Below, in pieces: positions 23,209 to 35,168 of a stretch of 53,024 nt of DNA (its first letter is position 1; every line of letters starts with the position of its first letter). The stretch is taken from contig JAWXAY010000065.1 of the NCBI GenBank assembly GCA_034439715.1, positions 1 through 53,024 of the forward strand, read 5' to 3'. Origin of the DNA: Pseudomonadota bacterium (GTDB lineage Bacteria > Bdellovibrionota > Bdellovibrionia > Bdellovibrionales > SG-bin7). The notes below the pieces were generated by a model, which worked only from the letters and a program-made list of their open reading frames with translations, did no database searches and was not told the DNA's origin. Made by a program: the position numbers and the translations under genes.

Positions 23209-24030
23209 ATGGGGAAAATTATTTGCGTAGCCAATCAGAAGGGTGGGGTAGGCAAAACAACCACTTCGGTTAACCTCTCGTCCTCCCTGGCTAATCGAAA
23301 TCGCAGGGTTCTTATATTAGACATGGACCCACAGGGCAACGCGTCAAGTGGTCTTGGCATAAAGCGTCATAGCATTGTAGAAAATAATATCTATCACGCT
23401 CTTATCGGAAAGAAGGAACTTAAAGAAATTATCATTGAGACTACAAATCCTTATCTGTCTATCGCTCCTGCTACTCCAGATTTAGTGGGCGCAGAAATAG
23501 AATTAGTCGATTTCGAAAGGCGCGAGTACCAACTTCAAGAAGCAATCGCACCAGTTAAAGAAAGCTACGACTATATTATTATAGATTGCCCACCATCGCT
23601 GGGACTTTTAACTCTAAATTCATTAACTGCAGCAAATTCATTTTTAGTTCCCTTGCAGTGCGAGTACTACGCGCTAGAGGGACTAAGTCAGTTGTTAAAC
23701 ACGGCCGGGTTGATCAAAAATAGTTTTAACCCCCAGCTGGTTATTGAAGGAATTGTATTAACGATGTTTGATACCAGAAACAATTTGAGTCACCAGGTTG
23801 TCCAAGAAATTCGTAGTCACTTTGGTGAAAAGGTATTTCAGGCTGTAATACCGAGAAACGTTCGATTGAGCGAAGCTCCTAGTCATGGAAAAACAATCAT
23901 AGATTATGATCCGAAATCAATTGGTGCTCAGAGATATGTAGAATTAGCAGCGGAAATCGATACAAAAAACTACCGAGCATCGGTAATGGCGATTAACAAG
24001 CCCGCTCCACAAGGAGAGATCCATGTCTAA
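23209..24030 (+). CDS. parA: Chromosome partitioning ATPase ParA/Soj
   Basis: NQKGGVGKTT deviant Walker A, DMDPQGNAS, DCPPSLG, QCEYYALEG, RLSEAPSHG. Confidence 0.96.
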   Translation: MGKIICVANQKGGVGKTTTSVNLSSSLANRNRRVLILDMDPQGNASSGLGIKRHSIVENNIYHALIGKKELKEIIIETTNPYLSIAPATPDLVGAEIELVDFERREYQLQEAIAPVKESYDYIIIDCPPSLGLLTLNSLTAANSFLVPLQCEYYALEGLSQLLNTAGLIKNSFNPQLVIEGIVLTMFDTRNNLSHQVVQEIRSHFGEKVFQAVIPRNVRLSEAPSHGKTIIDYDPKSIGAQRYVELAAEIDTKNYRASVMAINKPAPQGEIHV

Positions 24031-24937
24031 TGTTTTGTTTGAGGGTGTTGATAAGAAAAGGGGCTTGGGTCGGGGCCTTGGAAGTTTATTCGGCGACACC
24101 GAAGCGCCTCGTCCAGTCGGTGCCGCAACAAAAGAAAAAAACTCGCCGTACCAAATGATAGCACTCGATAAAATATTTCCTAATCCCCAACAACCGAGAA
24201 AACATTTTGCGGAAGAAAAACTTGCTGAACTCTCGTTGTCTATTAGATCACACGGCATTATTCAGCCGATCGTTGTGGCTCCCGAAAAGGAGGGCAGGTT
24301 TCAAATTATCGCCGGCGAACGGCGCTGGCGAGCCAGTCAACTTGCTGGCTTAAAACAGATACCAGTAATTATTAAAGAGGTTAACGAAAGCAAAACACTT
24401 GAGCTCGCCATAATCGAAAATATTCAACGCCAAGATTTGAATCCCATCGAAGAAGCTAAGGCTTACCTTTATCTCATTAAGAAATTTGGTCATACTCAAA
24501 ATGAAGTGGCAGAAAAAGTAGGAAAAGATCGTGCTACAATAGCGAACACGCTTAGAATTTTGACACTAGATGCGGAAATTATTGAGCTAGTCACAACGGG
24601 AAAGTTGTCCATGGGACACGCCAAAGCACTGCTTAGTGTCGAAAATAAAATGAGACAACGAGCGCTCGCAAGACAAGCCGTCGAAGAGGCACTTTCAGTT
24701 AGAGCCCTTGAGCGACTGACTAGCCACCCCTTGGTTGGCGAGGATATTCAGACTACTCAGGTGGCGCCAGTAAAAAGTAAAGAACAGTTACATTGTGGCG
24801 TCCTTGCCGGAGAGCTAGAAAAAAGACTGGGTACAAAAATCAAAATAGACTACCATAATGGAAAGGGCACCATCATGATTAGTTTTTATTCAAAAGACCA
24901 ACTCAATGAAATCGCAGAAAGACTAAAAAGCCTATGA
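24023..24937 (+). CDS. parB: Chromosome partitioning CTPase ParB/Spo0J
   Basis: KRGLGRGL ParA-activating motif, GERRWRA, IENIQRQDL, HTH GKDRATIANTLR. Confidence 0.96.
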   Translation: MSNVLFEGVDKKRGLGRGLGSLFGDTEAPRPVGAATKEKNSPYQMIALDKIFPNPQQPRKHFAEEKLAELSLSIRSHGIIQPIVVAPEKEGRFQIIAGERRWRASQLAGLKQIPVIIKEVNESKTLELAIIENIQRQDLNPIEEAKAYLYLIKKFGHTQNEVAEKVGKDRATIANTLRILTLDAEIIELVTTGKLSMGHAKALLSVENKMRQRALARQAVEEALSVRALERLTSHPLVGEDIQTTQVAPVKSKEQLHCGVLAGELEKRLGTKIKIDYHNGKGTIMISFYSKDQLNEIAERLKSL

Positions 24938-25314
24938 ATATGAGCTCAGATTTACTGCCGACCCTAGATTCGAACAAAAACGAAATTCCATCGGGTCAGA
25001 TTACCGCACTTCTTGATAAAGGAGCCTGTTTTGAGGGCCGCCTCACGTTTGAAGGCACCGTTCGCATTGGCGGAGTTTTTAAGGGAGAAATTTTCACTCG
25101 TGATACGCTTGTGATCGATCCCGGAGCCAGCGTTGAAGCACAGGTAGAGGCCGACTCAGTGATTATATGTGGCTCCGTAAAAGGAAATATTTTTGCGAGA
25201 CAAAGCGTAGTTATGCATCCCCCCGCCCGCTTTACAGGCACGGTTACTACCCCCAGTTTGAGGATTGATGAGGGTGTGGTTTTCGAGGGCGCTTCTTACA
25301 TGCCGAAAAACTAA
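24934..25314 (+). CDS. Bactofilin (polymer-forming cytoskeletal protein)
   Basis: Beta-helix repeats FEGRLTFEGTVRIGGVFKGEI...VIICGSVKGNI...IDEGVVFEG; ATGA overlap with parB. Confidence 0.9.
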   Translation: MNMSSDLLPTLDSNKNEIPSGQITALLDKGACFEGRLTFEGTVRIGGVFKGEIFTRDTLVIDPGASVEAQVEADSVIICGSVKGNIFARQSVVMHPPARFTGTVTTPSLRIDEGVVFEGASYMPKN

Positions 25315-25381
25315 AATCGCTTGACCCTTTAAGTTTCAGAATGCTAACTAAAAATCCAATTAAATCAAAGGCTTCAATTTA

Positions 25382-25840
25382 ATGGATATTCTTTTAGGTG
25401 TTTTGGATCAATTAAAAATTAACAATACTATTTGGATCCAATTAATTTGTTTTTTGGTCACATATTTTTTTATTAGTAATCTTTTTATTAAGCCGTACTA
25501 TCGAGCCTATATAAGCCGACAAGACCGCACAGTCGGAAATCAAGCACAAGCCATTAAGACCTCTGAAGACGCCGAGGCCCAATATTTAAAATATCAAGAT
25601 CAGGCCCGCGCTATTAATCTAGAAATAAAAAACATTTTTGATAAATCCCGCAAAGACGCAATTCGCGAACAAGACCACCTAATAGCAGGCGCCCGCGCGG
25701 AAGGACAAAAAAAAATCGAGTTGGGAAGAACTCAAATTGCGACCGAATCTACCCGGGCCCTACAAGAGGCTCAAAAAGAAGTCTCCGATATTAGCCATAT
25801 AATTCGTGCTAAAATGCTGGGAAAGGAAACGACAAATTGA
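25382..25840 (+). CDS. F0F1 ATP synthase subunit b'
   Basis: N-terminal TM (IWIQLICFLV...LFIKP) followed by coiled coil; first gene of the atp block. Confidence 0.85.
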   Translation: MDILLGVLDQLKINNTIWIQLICFLVTYFFISNLFIKPYYRAYISRQDRTVGNQAQAIKTSEDAEAQYLKYQDQARAINLEIKNIFDKSRKDAIREQDHLIAGARAEGQKKIELGRTQIATESTRALQEAQKEVSDISHIIRAKMLGKETTN

Positions 25841-26400
25841 CTGGAAAAGCAGGCTTTTTTTTAATTGCGCTAACTAGTGTTGCGTTAGCTAGCGAGGGAG
25901 AGCACGGAACAGCGCCGACACTTACTTTGGGTGAAATTATAAAACACCTGGGCCCAGCCATCTTCAACTTTTCTTTATTTATTGGTTTGTTGATTTACGC
26001 TCTCAGAAAGCCGATTTCTAACCTTTTCGCGGAACGGATTAATAATTATCGTGGGGCTCTGAAGTCTGCCGATGCGGCTTTGGCAGAGGCTCAAGCCAAA
26101 AGGAATGAGATCATTAAAAATATAAAGACTCTTGAAAGCACGCGTGCCGAGACGGTTTCTAAGGCCCAGAGGGATGCAGAGACTATTGGATTGGCAATTA
26201 TTAAGGAAGCTAAAACCAGTGCGAGTAAATTTAACGAAGAGGCCGAGCGCACTATTAAAGTAGAAGTAGAAAAAGCAAAAATAGATATTAGAAATCATCT
26301 GCTGCAGCAGGCGAGTTCCTCGGCCGAAAAAAGCCTGAGAGAACAGTTAGATGCCAGCGAGCAAAAACGTTTACAAAAAGAATTTGCCTCGAAAATATAG
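25837..26400 (+). CDS. atpF: F0F1 ATP synthase subunit b
   Basis: Signal-like N-terminus, NF..F...L....RKP motif, coiled coil. Confidence 0.88.
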   Translation: MTGKAGFFLIALTSVALASEGEHGTAPTLTLGEIIKHLGPAIFNFSLFIGLLIYALRKPISNLFAERINNYRGALKSADAALAEAQAKRNEIIKNIKTLESTRAETVSKAQRDAETIGLAIIKEAKTSASKFNEEAERTIKVEVEKAKIDIRNHLLQQASSSAEKSLREQLDASEQKRLQKEFASKI

Positions 26401-26407
26401 GTGAGAT

Positions 26408-26953
26408 GTGAAGCGAGCGAATATAGCAAGAAGATATGTTAAAGCAATGTTCGAGCTGGTGACGGACGGCCGACAGCTCGAATTAACATTAAACGAACTT
26501 CGACAAATTTTGGTGGTTTTTGAGGACAAAGAAATCTCAAGATTTATTGTTTCTCCTGTGGTAGCTGCCACGCAAAAGCTCGAGGCGATTTCGGCGGCGC
26601 TTGAGGCCAAGGGGCTAACTGAACTGACCAAAAACCTCCTTTTGCTTCTTGCTAAGAGAAATAGACTTATGCTTCTTTCTAAAGTTGTAGAGGCGTTTCA
26701 GGCAGAGCTCGACAGATCCAACGGAGTGGTTCGAGGCAGTGTTAAATCAACAGTAAATCTTGATCCTGAGGAACGAAAGCAAATAGAAAACAAGGTGGGC
26801 GCTTTTTTCAAAAAGGATGTTATTTTGAAATTCTCTACTGAACCAAAGCTTGTTGGCGGCCTAGTCGCTACTGTCGGCAGCTTTACTTTTGATGACAGCA
26901 TTAGCTCTTACTTAAAAAGGTTAAACGATAATCTTAACAGAGGTACAAACTAA
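26408..26953 (+). CDS. atpH: ATP synthase subunit delta
   Basis: [24 protein letters not shown]...DDSI. Confidence 0.93.
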   Translation: MKRANIARRYVKAMFELVTDGRQLELTLNELRQILVVFEDKEISRFIVSPVVAATQKLEAISAALEAKGLTELTKNLLLLLAKRNRLMLLSKVVEAFQAELDRSNGVVRGSVKSTVNLDPEERKQIENKVGAFFKKDVILKFSTEPKLVGGLVATVGSFTFDDSISSYLKRLNDNLNRGTN

Positions 26954-26954
26954 A

Positions 26955-28472
26955 ATGGAAATGGGAATTAAAGTAGACGAAATCAGCCGTGTATTAAAAG
27001 ATCAGATCAAAAATTTCAAAAAGAATATTGAGGTCACGGAGACTGGTACGGTTCTCCAGGTGGGTGACGGAGTAGCCAGAATATATGGGATGGAAAGTGT
27101 TCAGGCAGGAGAACTTGTTGAGTTTAACGGCGGAATCAAGGGCATGGTTTTAAACCTCGAGGCCGACTCAGTGGGCGTAGTAATTTTTGGCGAAGATAAA
27201 GAAATCAAAGAAGGCGATACAGTAAAAAGAACAAAAAAAATTGTGGAAGTACCAGTAGGCGAAGCACTTCTAGGTCGCGTCGTAGACGCCCTAGGGAATG
27301 CGATTGATGGTCACGGCGCAATTAAAAGCGAGCACACTCGTCGCGTAGAAATTAAAGCGCCAGGTATCGTAACAAGAAAGACAGTACACGAGCCACTTCA
27401 AACGGGCATTAAGGCCATCGACTCTTTGATACCAATTGGCCGTGGTCAGCGGGAGCTTATCATTGGTGATCGGCAAACGGGAAAAACAGCGATAGCGATT
27501 GATGCGATCATTAATCAAAAGGGCCAAAACGTTTATTGTTTTTATGTAGCTATCGGGCAAAAAAGATCGACGGTGGCTCAGGTTGTTGAAAAATTGAAGG
27601 CTGCCGGCGCTATGGAATATACGACCGTTATCGCAGCGACAGCCTCAGACCCCGCGCCCCTTCAGTTCTTATCGGCCTATTCAGGTTGTACCATGGCAGA
27701 ATATTTTAGAGATTCTGGTCGGCATGCACTCATCGTTTATGACGATTTAACAAAACAGGCGCAAGCTTATCGCCAGATGTCGCTTCTTCTTCGACGCCCA
27801 CCAGGTCGCGAAGCTTTTCCTGGCGATGTTTTTTATCTACACTCGCGACTTCTTGAGCGTGCCGCTAAATTAAATGAAAAATTTGGTAGCGGATCTCTGA
27901 CCGCCCTCCCCATTATTGAAACTCAGGCGGGTGATATAGCGGCTTATATTCCGACCAACGTTATTTCGATTACTGACGGACAAATATTTTTGGAGGCCGA
28001 CTTATTTTACAGAGGCATACGGCCGGCAATTGATGTGGGAAAATCAGTTTCGCGCGTGGGCGGAGCGGCACAAATTAAAGCCATGAAACAGGTGGCGGGC
28101 TCTCTGAAACTAGAGTTGGCGCAGTTCCGGGAGCTAGAAGCCTTTTCGGCCTTTGGTTCAGACTTAGACAAGGCCACAATGGCTCAACTTCAGCGCGGCC
28201 GCCGTTTGGTCGAAGTTTTAAAACAAGCACAATTTAGTCCTTATACAGTAACAGATCAGGTTTTGGCAATTTTTGCGGCCACTCAAGGTTACTTGGATGA
28301 CGTTAAAGAAACCGAAGTAAGGCGCTTCGAAACAGAGCTCTTACAATTTATGAAACAAAAACATTCGGGCATAATTGCTAAAATTGCTGAACATAAACAA
28401 ATTAAAGATGAGGTCAGGCCCGAGTTAGTGTCGGCCGTAAAAGAGTTTAAAGCGGTCTTTCAGCCAGCTTAA
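26955..28472 (+). CDS. atpA: ATP synthase subunit alpha
   Basis: [37 protein letters not shown]. Confidence 0.98.
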   Translation: MEMGIKVDEISRVLKDQIKNFKKNIEVTETGTVLQVGDGVARIYGMESVQAGELVEFNGGIKGMVLNLEADSVGVVIFGEDKEIKEGDTVKRTKKIVEVPVGEALLGRVVDALGNAIDGHGAIKSEHTRRVEIKAPGIVTRKTVHEPLQTGIKAIDSLIPIGRGQRELIIGDRQTGKTAIAIDAIINQKGQNVYCFYVAIGQKRSTVAQVVEKLKAAGAMEYTTVIAATASDPAPLQFLSAYSGCTMAEYFRDSGRHALIVYDDLTKQAQAYRQMSLLLRRPPGREAFPGDVFYLHSRLLERAAKLNEKFGSGSLTALPIIETQAGDIAAYIPTNVISITDGQIFLEADLFYRGIRPAIDVGKSVSRVGGAAQIKAMKQVAGSLKLELAQFRELEAFSAFGSDLDKATMAQLQRGRRLVEVLKQAQFSPYTVTDQVLAIFAATQGYLDDVKETEVRRFETELLQFMKQKHSGIIAKIAEHKQIKDEVRPELVSAVKEFKAVFQPA

Positions 28473-28481
28473 GGAAAAGGA

Positions 28482-30780
<2,299 letters not shown>

Positions 30781-30783
30781 AAA

Positions 30784-31206
30784 ATGAATACATTGATGCT
30801 AACACTTGTTACACCAGTTAAAAAATTTTTAGAGGACGTTGAAGTCAGTGAGGTTTTAATTCCCGGCTATGTGGGAGAGCTAAACATACTCCCAGGTCAC
30901 GCGCCACTTATGACCACGCTTAATCCCGGAATTTTAAAATACAAGCCAAGCAACAGTAGCGAATATAAATCCGTTTCTATTAGTTGGGGCTACTGTGAAG
31001 TGGGCCCCAAAGGCGTTACAATTTTGGCTGAAACGGCTGAACTGCCCGAAGAAATAAATATTAAACGTGCCGAAGATACCAAAGTAAAATCAGAGCGCGC
31101 ACTTTTGACTCATGAAATCAGCCTTGACGACATTTATAAACATCAAATGAAAATCCGCAGGTCCTTGGTGCGCATGGAAGTCGCTAAATCAAAAGTGACT
31201 GACTAA
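30784..31206 (+). CDS. atpC: ATP synthase subunit epsilon
   Basis: LVTP, GELNILPGHAPL, C-terminal helices. Confidence 0.95.
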   Translation: MNTLMLTLVTPVKKFLEDVEVSEVLIPGYVGELNILPGHAPLMTTLNPGILKYKPSNSSEYKSVSISWGYCEVGPKGVTILAETAELPEEINIKRAEDTKVKSERALLTHEISLDDIYKHQMKIRRSLVRMEVAKSKVTD

Positions 31207-32582
31207 TGTCAATGAAAACTACGCACCAGCCAATCAGTGCGGTTTTGGTCGGAGTTCAACTTCCCGAAATGAAAGTCGAAGAGCTTGAGGATTCTCTAAG
31301 AGAACTTTCTCGTTTGGTTCATACGTTAGGTTACAAGGTCGTTGGTCAGATGAGCCAAAAAAGAGAATCACAAAGAGCCGGAAATGTTTTGGGCGAGGGT
31401 AAGCTTGTAGAGTTGGCTGGCTGGACCGGAGGCACGGGTAAAGTTGCTTCAGCGGTGAGGCATAAAAAAAGTAAGGCGGCGGTAAAAAGAGAGACTGAAG
31501 CTACAGGCGAAGAAACTCCTGAATCGGAAATTGAGCCAGAACCTGAGACAGAAAAAATCAAGGCGCAAGTCATTATATTTGACTGTGACCTTACTCCTTC
31601 ACAACTTAGAAATGTTGAAAGCGCAACGGGCGCGAGCGTGCTCGATCGCACGGGTGTGATCATAGAAATTTTTAGTCGTCATGCACGTACAAAAGCTGCG
31701 AAGCTTCAGGTCGAAATTGCAAAACTAAATTATGTGGCTCCCCGCCTCAGAGAAACGGGCGGCAGCGAAATTCAAGAGGGCGGCGGTGGCAAGGGCAGTG
31801 GAGAAAAATCTATTGAACTTGATAAACGAAGAATTCGTGATCGTCTTAAAGAACTAAGAGATGAACTTGTTACGATAGGTAGCGAACACGATGTCAGGCG
31901 GGCGCGGCGGCACAAAGAAAATAAAGTGGCACTTGTGGGTTACACCAACGCCGGAAAGTCGTCACTAATGCGTGCCTTAACAGGCAGTGAAGTTTTGATC
32001 GCAGATAAACTTTTCGCTACGCTGGATACTACGGTGCGGCCTATGCACCCGGAGACTCAACCCAAAATACTTGTATCAGACACGGTTGGTTTTATTAAAA
32101 AGCTTCCGCATGATTTGGTCGCATCATTTAAGTCGACCCTCGATGAGGCTGCGGACGCAGCACTTTTGCTGTTTGTGGTTGATTCCTCAGACGCGTCCTT
32201 TCGCTCGCAGTTGGAAGTTACGCAGAAGGTACTGTCAGAAGTAGGGGCCGATGATGTGCCCCGACTTATGGTCTTTAATAAAAGAGACCTTTTGTCTGAG
32301 AGTGACCTAGAAGCACTAAAAATTGAATTTCCAGAAGGTGTTTTTATTTCAACGAGAGCGGTCGAAGATATTAAAAATATCAGAAATAGAGTCCTGGGGC
32401 ACTTTGAAAAAGACATGGTAGAAGAAGACCTATTTATTGACTATGCAGTTAAGGGTGCTATTGGTGAAATTCGTTCGCGCATGCGGGTATTGACTGAGTC
32501 CTTTAATGAGAGGGGCGTCGTATTGCGGGTTAAAGGGACGCCTCAAGAAATCGCTGACCTAAAAAGAAGAGTTTTGCCGTGA
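31206..32582 (+). CDS. hflX: HflX-family ribosome-associated GTPase
   Basis: [43 protein letters not shown]. Confidence 0.92.
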   Translation: MSMKTTHQPISAVLVGVQLPEMKVEELEDSLRELSRLVHTLGYKVVGQMSQKRESQRAGNVLGEGKLVELAGWTGGTGKVASAVRHKKSKAAVKRETEATGEETPESEIEPEPETEKIKAQVIIFDCDLTPSQLRNVESATGASVLDRTGVIIEIFSRHARTKAAKLQVEIAKLNYVAPRLRETGGSEIQEGGGGKGSGEKSIELDKRRIRDRLKELRDELVTIGSEHDVRRARRHKENKVALVGYTNAGKSSLMRALTGSEVLIADKLFATLDTTVRPMHPETQPKILVSDTVGFIKKLPHDLVASFKSTLDEAADAALLLFVVDSSDASFRSQLEVTQKVLSEVGADDVPRLMVFNKRDLLSESDLEALKIEFPEGVFISTRAVEDIKNIRNRVLGHFEKDMVEEDLFIDYAVKGAIGEIRSRMRVLTESFNERGVVLRVKGTPQEIADLKRRVLP

Positions 32583-34069
32583 GCGAGGAGGCGGTCTCCT
32601 CACAAGAAATTTTAAAATGTATAGAAGTGATGGAGCGCATGGTAAAAGACGGCGCTCGCTTGGCAGAATTAACAAATGAGCAACGTGTGGCGCTACTTTC
32701 TGCCGCCGGAAGGCTATCCCGACCTGCGAGAGATGAAATTCGAGTTAGAAATAAAACAATAAAAAAAGCGCGCCGCAAAGAAATTGTAAAAAATGATCGA
32801 GGAGCTCGGGCCCTAGCTGGAATTCGTACGGCCAGACTTAGTTCGACCTATGTGGCGCCCGAAGAGATTACTTCGACCTCTAATGAGGAGCGTGTTTTAA
32901 AATCACCTCGCAACTGTTATGTGTGCAAGGCTGAATATATGCGGCTCCATTTTTTTTATGATTCGATGTGTGCGAGTTGCGCAGAGCTTAATTATAAAAA
33001 AAGATTTCAATCAGTTAGACTTGATGGTCAGGTAGCACTAATTACTGGCGCGCGCCTTAAAATTGGTTATCATGCGGCCCTCATGATGTTGCGGGCTGGC
33101 GCGAAGGTAATTGTCACAACCCGTTTTCCGGTTGATGCGGCAACTCGTTTTTCGAAAGAAGAAGACTTCGCTCTCTGGGGTTCTCGTCTAGAAGTTTTTG
33201 GTCTCGATTTACGCCACACTCCGAGCGTGGAGCTTTTTACTCAGTTTATTTCACAAAATGCCAAGAGACTGGATATTTTAATTAATAATGCGGCACAAAC
33301 CGTTCGCCGCCCACCAGGGTTTTATTCACATTTAATGCAAAATGAATTGAAGCCTATTGGGGAAACGACCAAAGAGATTCAAGGAATTTTAAAATCCTTT
33401 GATGCCTGTAAATTAAGACTTAGTGAATTTAGTGGTTCAGCGACGGACGCTCCTGGAATCGGACTTCGCAAGTCAGCAGAATTGTCTTTGGTGCCCTACG
33501 CCTATGACAGCTCATTGACATCGGAAGAGATTTTCCCAAAGGGTCAATTAGATGCGGACCTTCAACAAGTGGATTTAAGAAAAACTAATAGCTGGCGAAT
33601 GCGTCTCGCAGATGTGCCTACACCGGAAATGTTAGAGGTTCAGTTAGTAAATTCGGTAGCGCCGTTTGTGCTGTGCAGTCGGTTGGCGCCGTTAATGAGA
33701 AAAGATCAAACCTTTCAAAAACACATTGTGAATGTCACAGCAATGGAAGGAAAGTTCTATCGATTTACCAAGACCGATCGTCATCCGCATACCAACATGG
33801 CCAAGGCAGCGCTTAACATGTTAACTCATACTTCAGCCGGCGATTTGGCTAAAGATGGAATATATATGAACGCGGTAGATACTGGTTGGGTTACAGACGA
33901 AGACCCGGTGGCATTGGCGCAGTTAAAACAAGAGATTCATGATTTTCAGCCGCCACTTGATATTGTTGATGGAGCAGCTAGAGTTTGTGATCCGTTTTTT
34001 GATGGAATCCTTACAGGAAAACATTGGTCTGGAAAGTTTTTAAAAGATTATTTTCCAACAGACTGGTAA
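32579..34069 (+). CDS. Atypical SDR-family oxidoreductase with an N-terminal CxxC...CxxC motif
   Basis: [52 protein letters not shown]...CASC upstream. Confidence 0.85.
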   Translation: MSEEAVSSQEILKCIEVMERMVKDGARLAELTNEQRVALLSAAGRLSRPARDEIRVRNKTIKKARRKEIVKNDRGARALAGIRTARLSSTYVAPEEITSTSNEERVLKSPRNCYVCKAEYMRLHFFYDSMCASCAELNYKKRFQSVRLDGQVALITGARLKIGYHAALMMLRAGAKVIVTTRFPVDAATRFSKEEDFALWGSRLEVFGLDLRHTPSVELFTQFISQNAKRLDILINNAAQTVRRPPGFYSHLMQNELKPIGETTKEIQGILKSFDACKLRLSEFSGSATDAPGIGLRKSAELSLVPYAYDSSLTSEEIFPKGQLDADLQQVDLRKTNSWRMRLADVPTPEMLEVQLVNSVAPFVLCSRLAPLMRKDQTFQKHIVNVTAMEGKFYRFTKTDRHPHTNMAKAALNMLTHTSAGDLAKDGIYMNAVDTGWVTDEDPVALAQLKQEIHDFQPPLDIVDGAARVCDPFFDGILTGKHWSGKFLKDYFPTDW

Positions 34070-34779
34070 TTTCGTAAATGGCGGCTTGAATTAAATTGCC
34101 TCTGACACAGCAACTGTTTTTCTACCATTTGATCAAAAACGTGAATAAGCCCGTCATGTTTGCGCGATTTAATGTCGAAGCCTTGCGATTCGCCGAGCAG
34201 TTCAATCACCTCATGTATCGCCTCAATAGTCGAATAACAATTAGCTTTAGGCTGTTTGCGTACGCGAAAGTTAGAAGCTTTCGGCGGAGTAAAACAAATT
34301 TGGGGAAGAGCCATGAGGTTATCACTCCGGCGCACCATTTTACTGGCGGTAGACCAGGTGCCATCGATCACAAAAACCACCAATTTTTTAGCTTGTTTTT
34401 TATCTGAAGGAAATAAATGGTTTTTTGCCTCACAATCGATAGAACTTATATTAATCGACCCAGAGCCTGGGTAAAGAACGACAGAATAATTTAGGGGATC
34501 ACTCAGAATTTTATTCACAGGCTTGCTTTCAGAATAGGAGTAGCCCTGAATAAGCCGTGAGTTTTCTAAACAGAGATGGGACATTCTGCCAGTAGCGATC
34601 CGTCGCCGCCACTCGAGCGGATGAATTAAAATCACAAAGTTAATTTTAGAATCAAATTTTTTTATGTGCCGACAATAGCAACTAAAGACAGGCTGGAGGC
34701 AAGATACACACAGAGTGCGCACCGAAGGTTCATTTTGAGTTCTTATATTTCGGCGCTGAATAAAGTCATCTAAGGTCAC
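34048..34779 (-). CDS. DTW-domain protein (tRNA-uridine aminocarboxypropyltransferase family)
   Basis: CxxC...CxC N-terminus, HPLE....ATG, VLYP, VIDGTW, R.QP...CYSTIEA. Confidence 0.88.
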   Translation of the reverse strand: MTLDDFIQRRNIRTQNEPSVRTLCVSCLQPVFSCYCRHIKKFDSKINFVILIHPLEWRRRIATGRMSHLCLENSRLIQGYSYSESKPVNKILSDPLNYSVVLYPGSGSINISSIDCEAKNHLFPSDKKQAKKLVVFVIDGTWSTASKMVRRSDNLMALPQICFTPPKASNFRVRKQPKANCYSTIEAIHEVIELLGESQGFDIKSRKHDGLIHVFDQMVEKQLLCQRQFNSSRHLRNYQSVGK

Positions 34780-34826
34780 CTAGATATCTTACCGGCCCTA
34801 ACAATTGTATAAAAGTGGAGGGGCGC

Positions 34827-34988
34827 CTATTTCTTCTGATCTGGAGTTAAGTCTAGTGATGCCACCCACGGCTGTAGCGTTGCTTGGGGATTTTTTTTGA
34901 TCTGCGGAAAATAAAAAAGCGCAAGCATTGCGAATGCAACCAACAAGAGTGACACAATAGAAAAAACTTTCTCTCTTACAGCGACCAT
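34827..34988 (-). CDS. Unannotated 53-aa single-pass membrane protein
   Basis: ATG behind GGGGGG; MVAVREKVFSIVSLLLVAFAMLALFYFPQIKKNPQATLQPWVASLDLTPDQKK*; absent from the ORF track. Confidence 0.7.
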   Translation of the reverse strand: MVAVREKVFSIVSLLLVAFAMLALFYFPQIKKNPQATLQPWVASLDLTPDQKK

Positions 34989-35014
34989 ATTTCCCCCCAA
35001 TATAGGCGATTGAT

Positions 35015-35030
35015 ATCAAGTTTTGTGCCA
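35015..35030 (-). promoter_or_regulatory. Putative sigma54 (-24/-12) promoter
   Basis: TGGCAC-AAAAC-TTGAT versus TGGCAC-N5-TTGCW (one mismatch); predicted +1 near 35004, just upstream of the RBS. Confidence 0.6.
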
Positions 35031-35168
35031 GGGAATTTTCCTAAAAATTAACCGCGGGAAAGAGATAAAAAGACTTAGCGAATAACGCGAAATGTTAAGT
35101 GGACAAAGAATGTCTGTCGAATTGTAATTTCGTTACAGGATTAATTTTAAGAGCAGGCGTTTGTGCAG

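Noticed and set aside
25321..25350. TTGACC...TGCTAACTA possible promoter for atpF'
   Set aside because: Position is plausible but the -10 lacks the conserved final T; too weak to call
34798..35019. 73-aa minus-strand ORF from the track
   Set aside because: Starts inside the sigma54-like motif with no RBS; the overlapping 53-aa frame has an RBS and a clear TM helix
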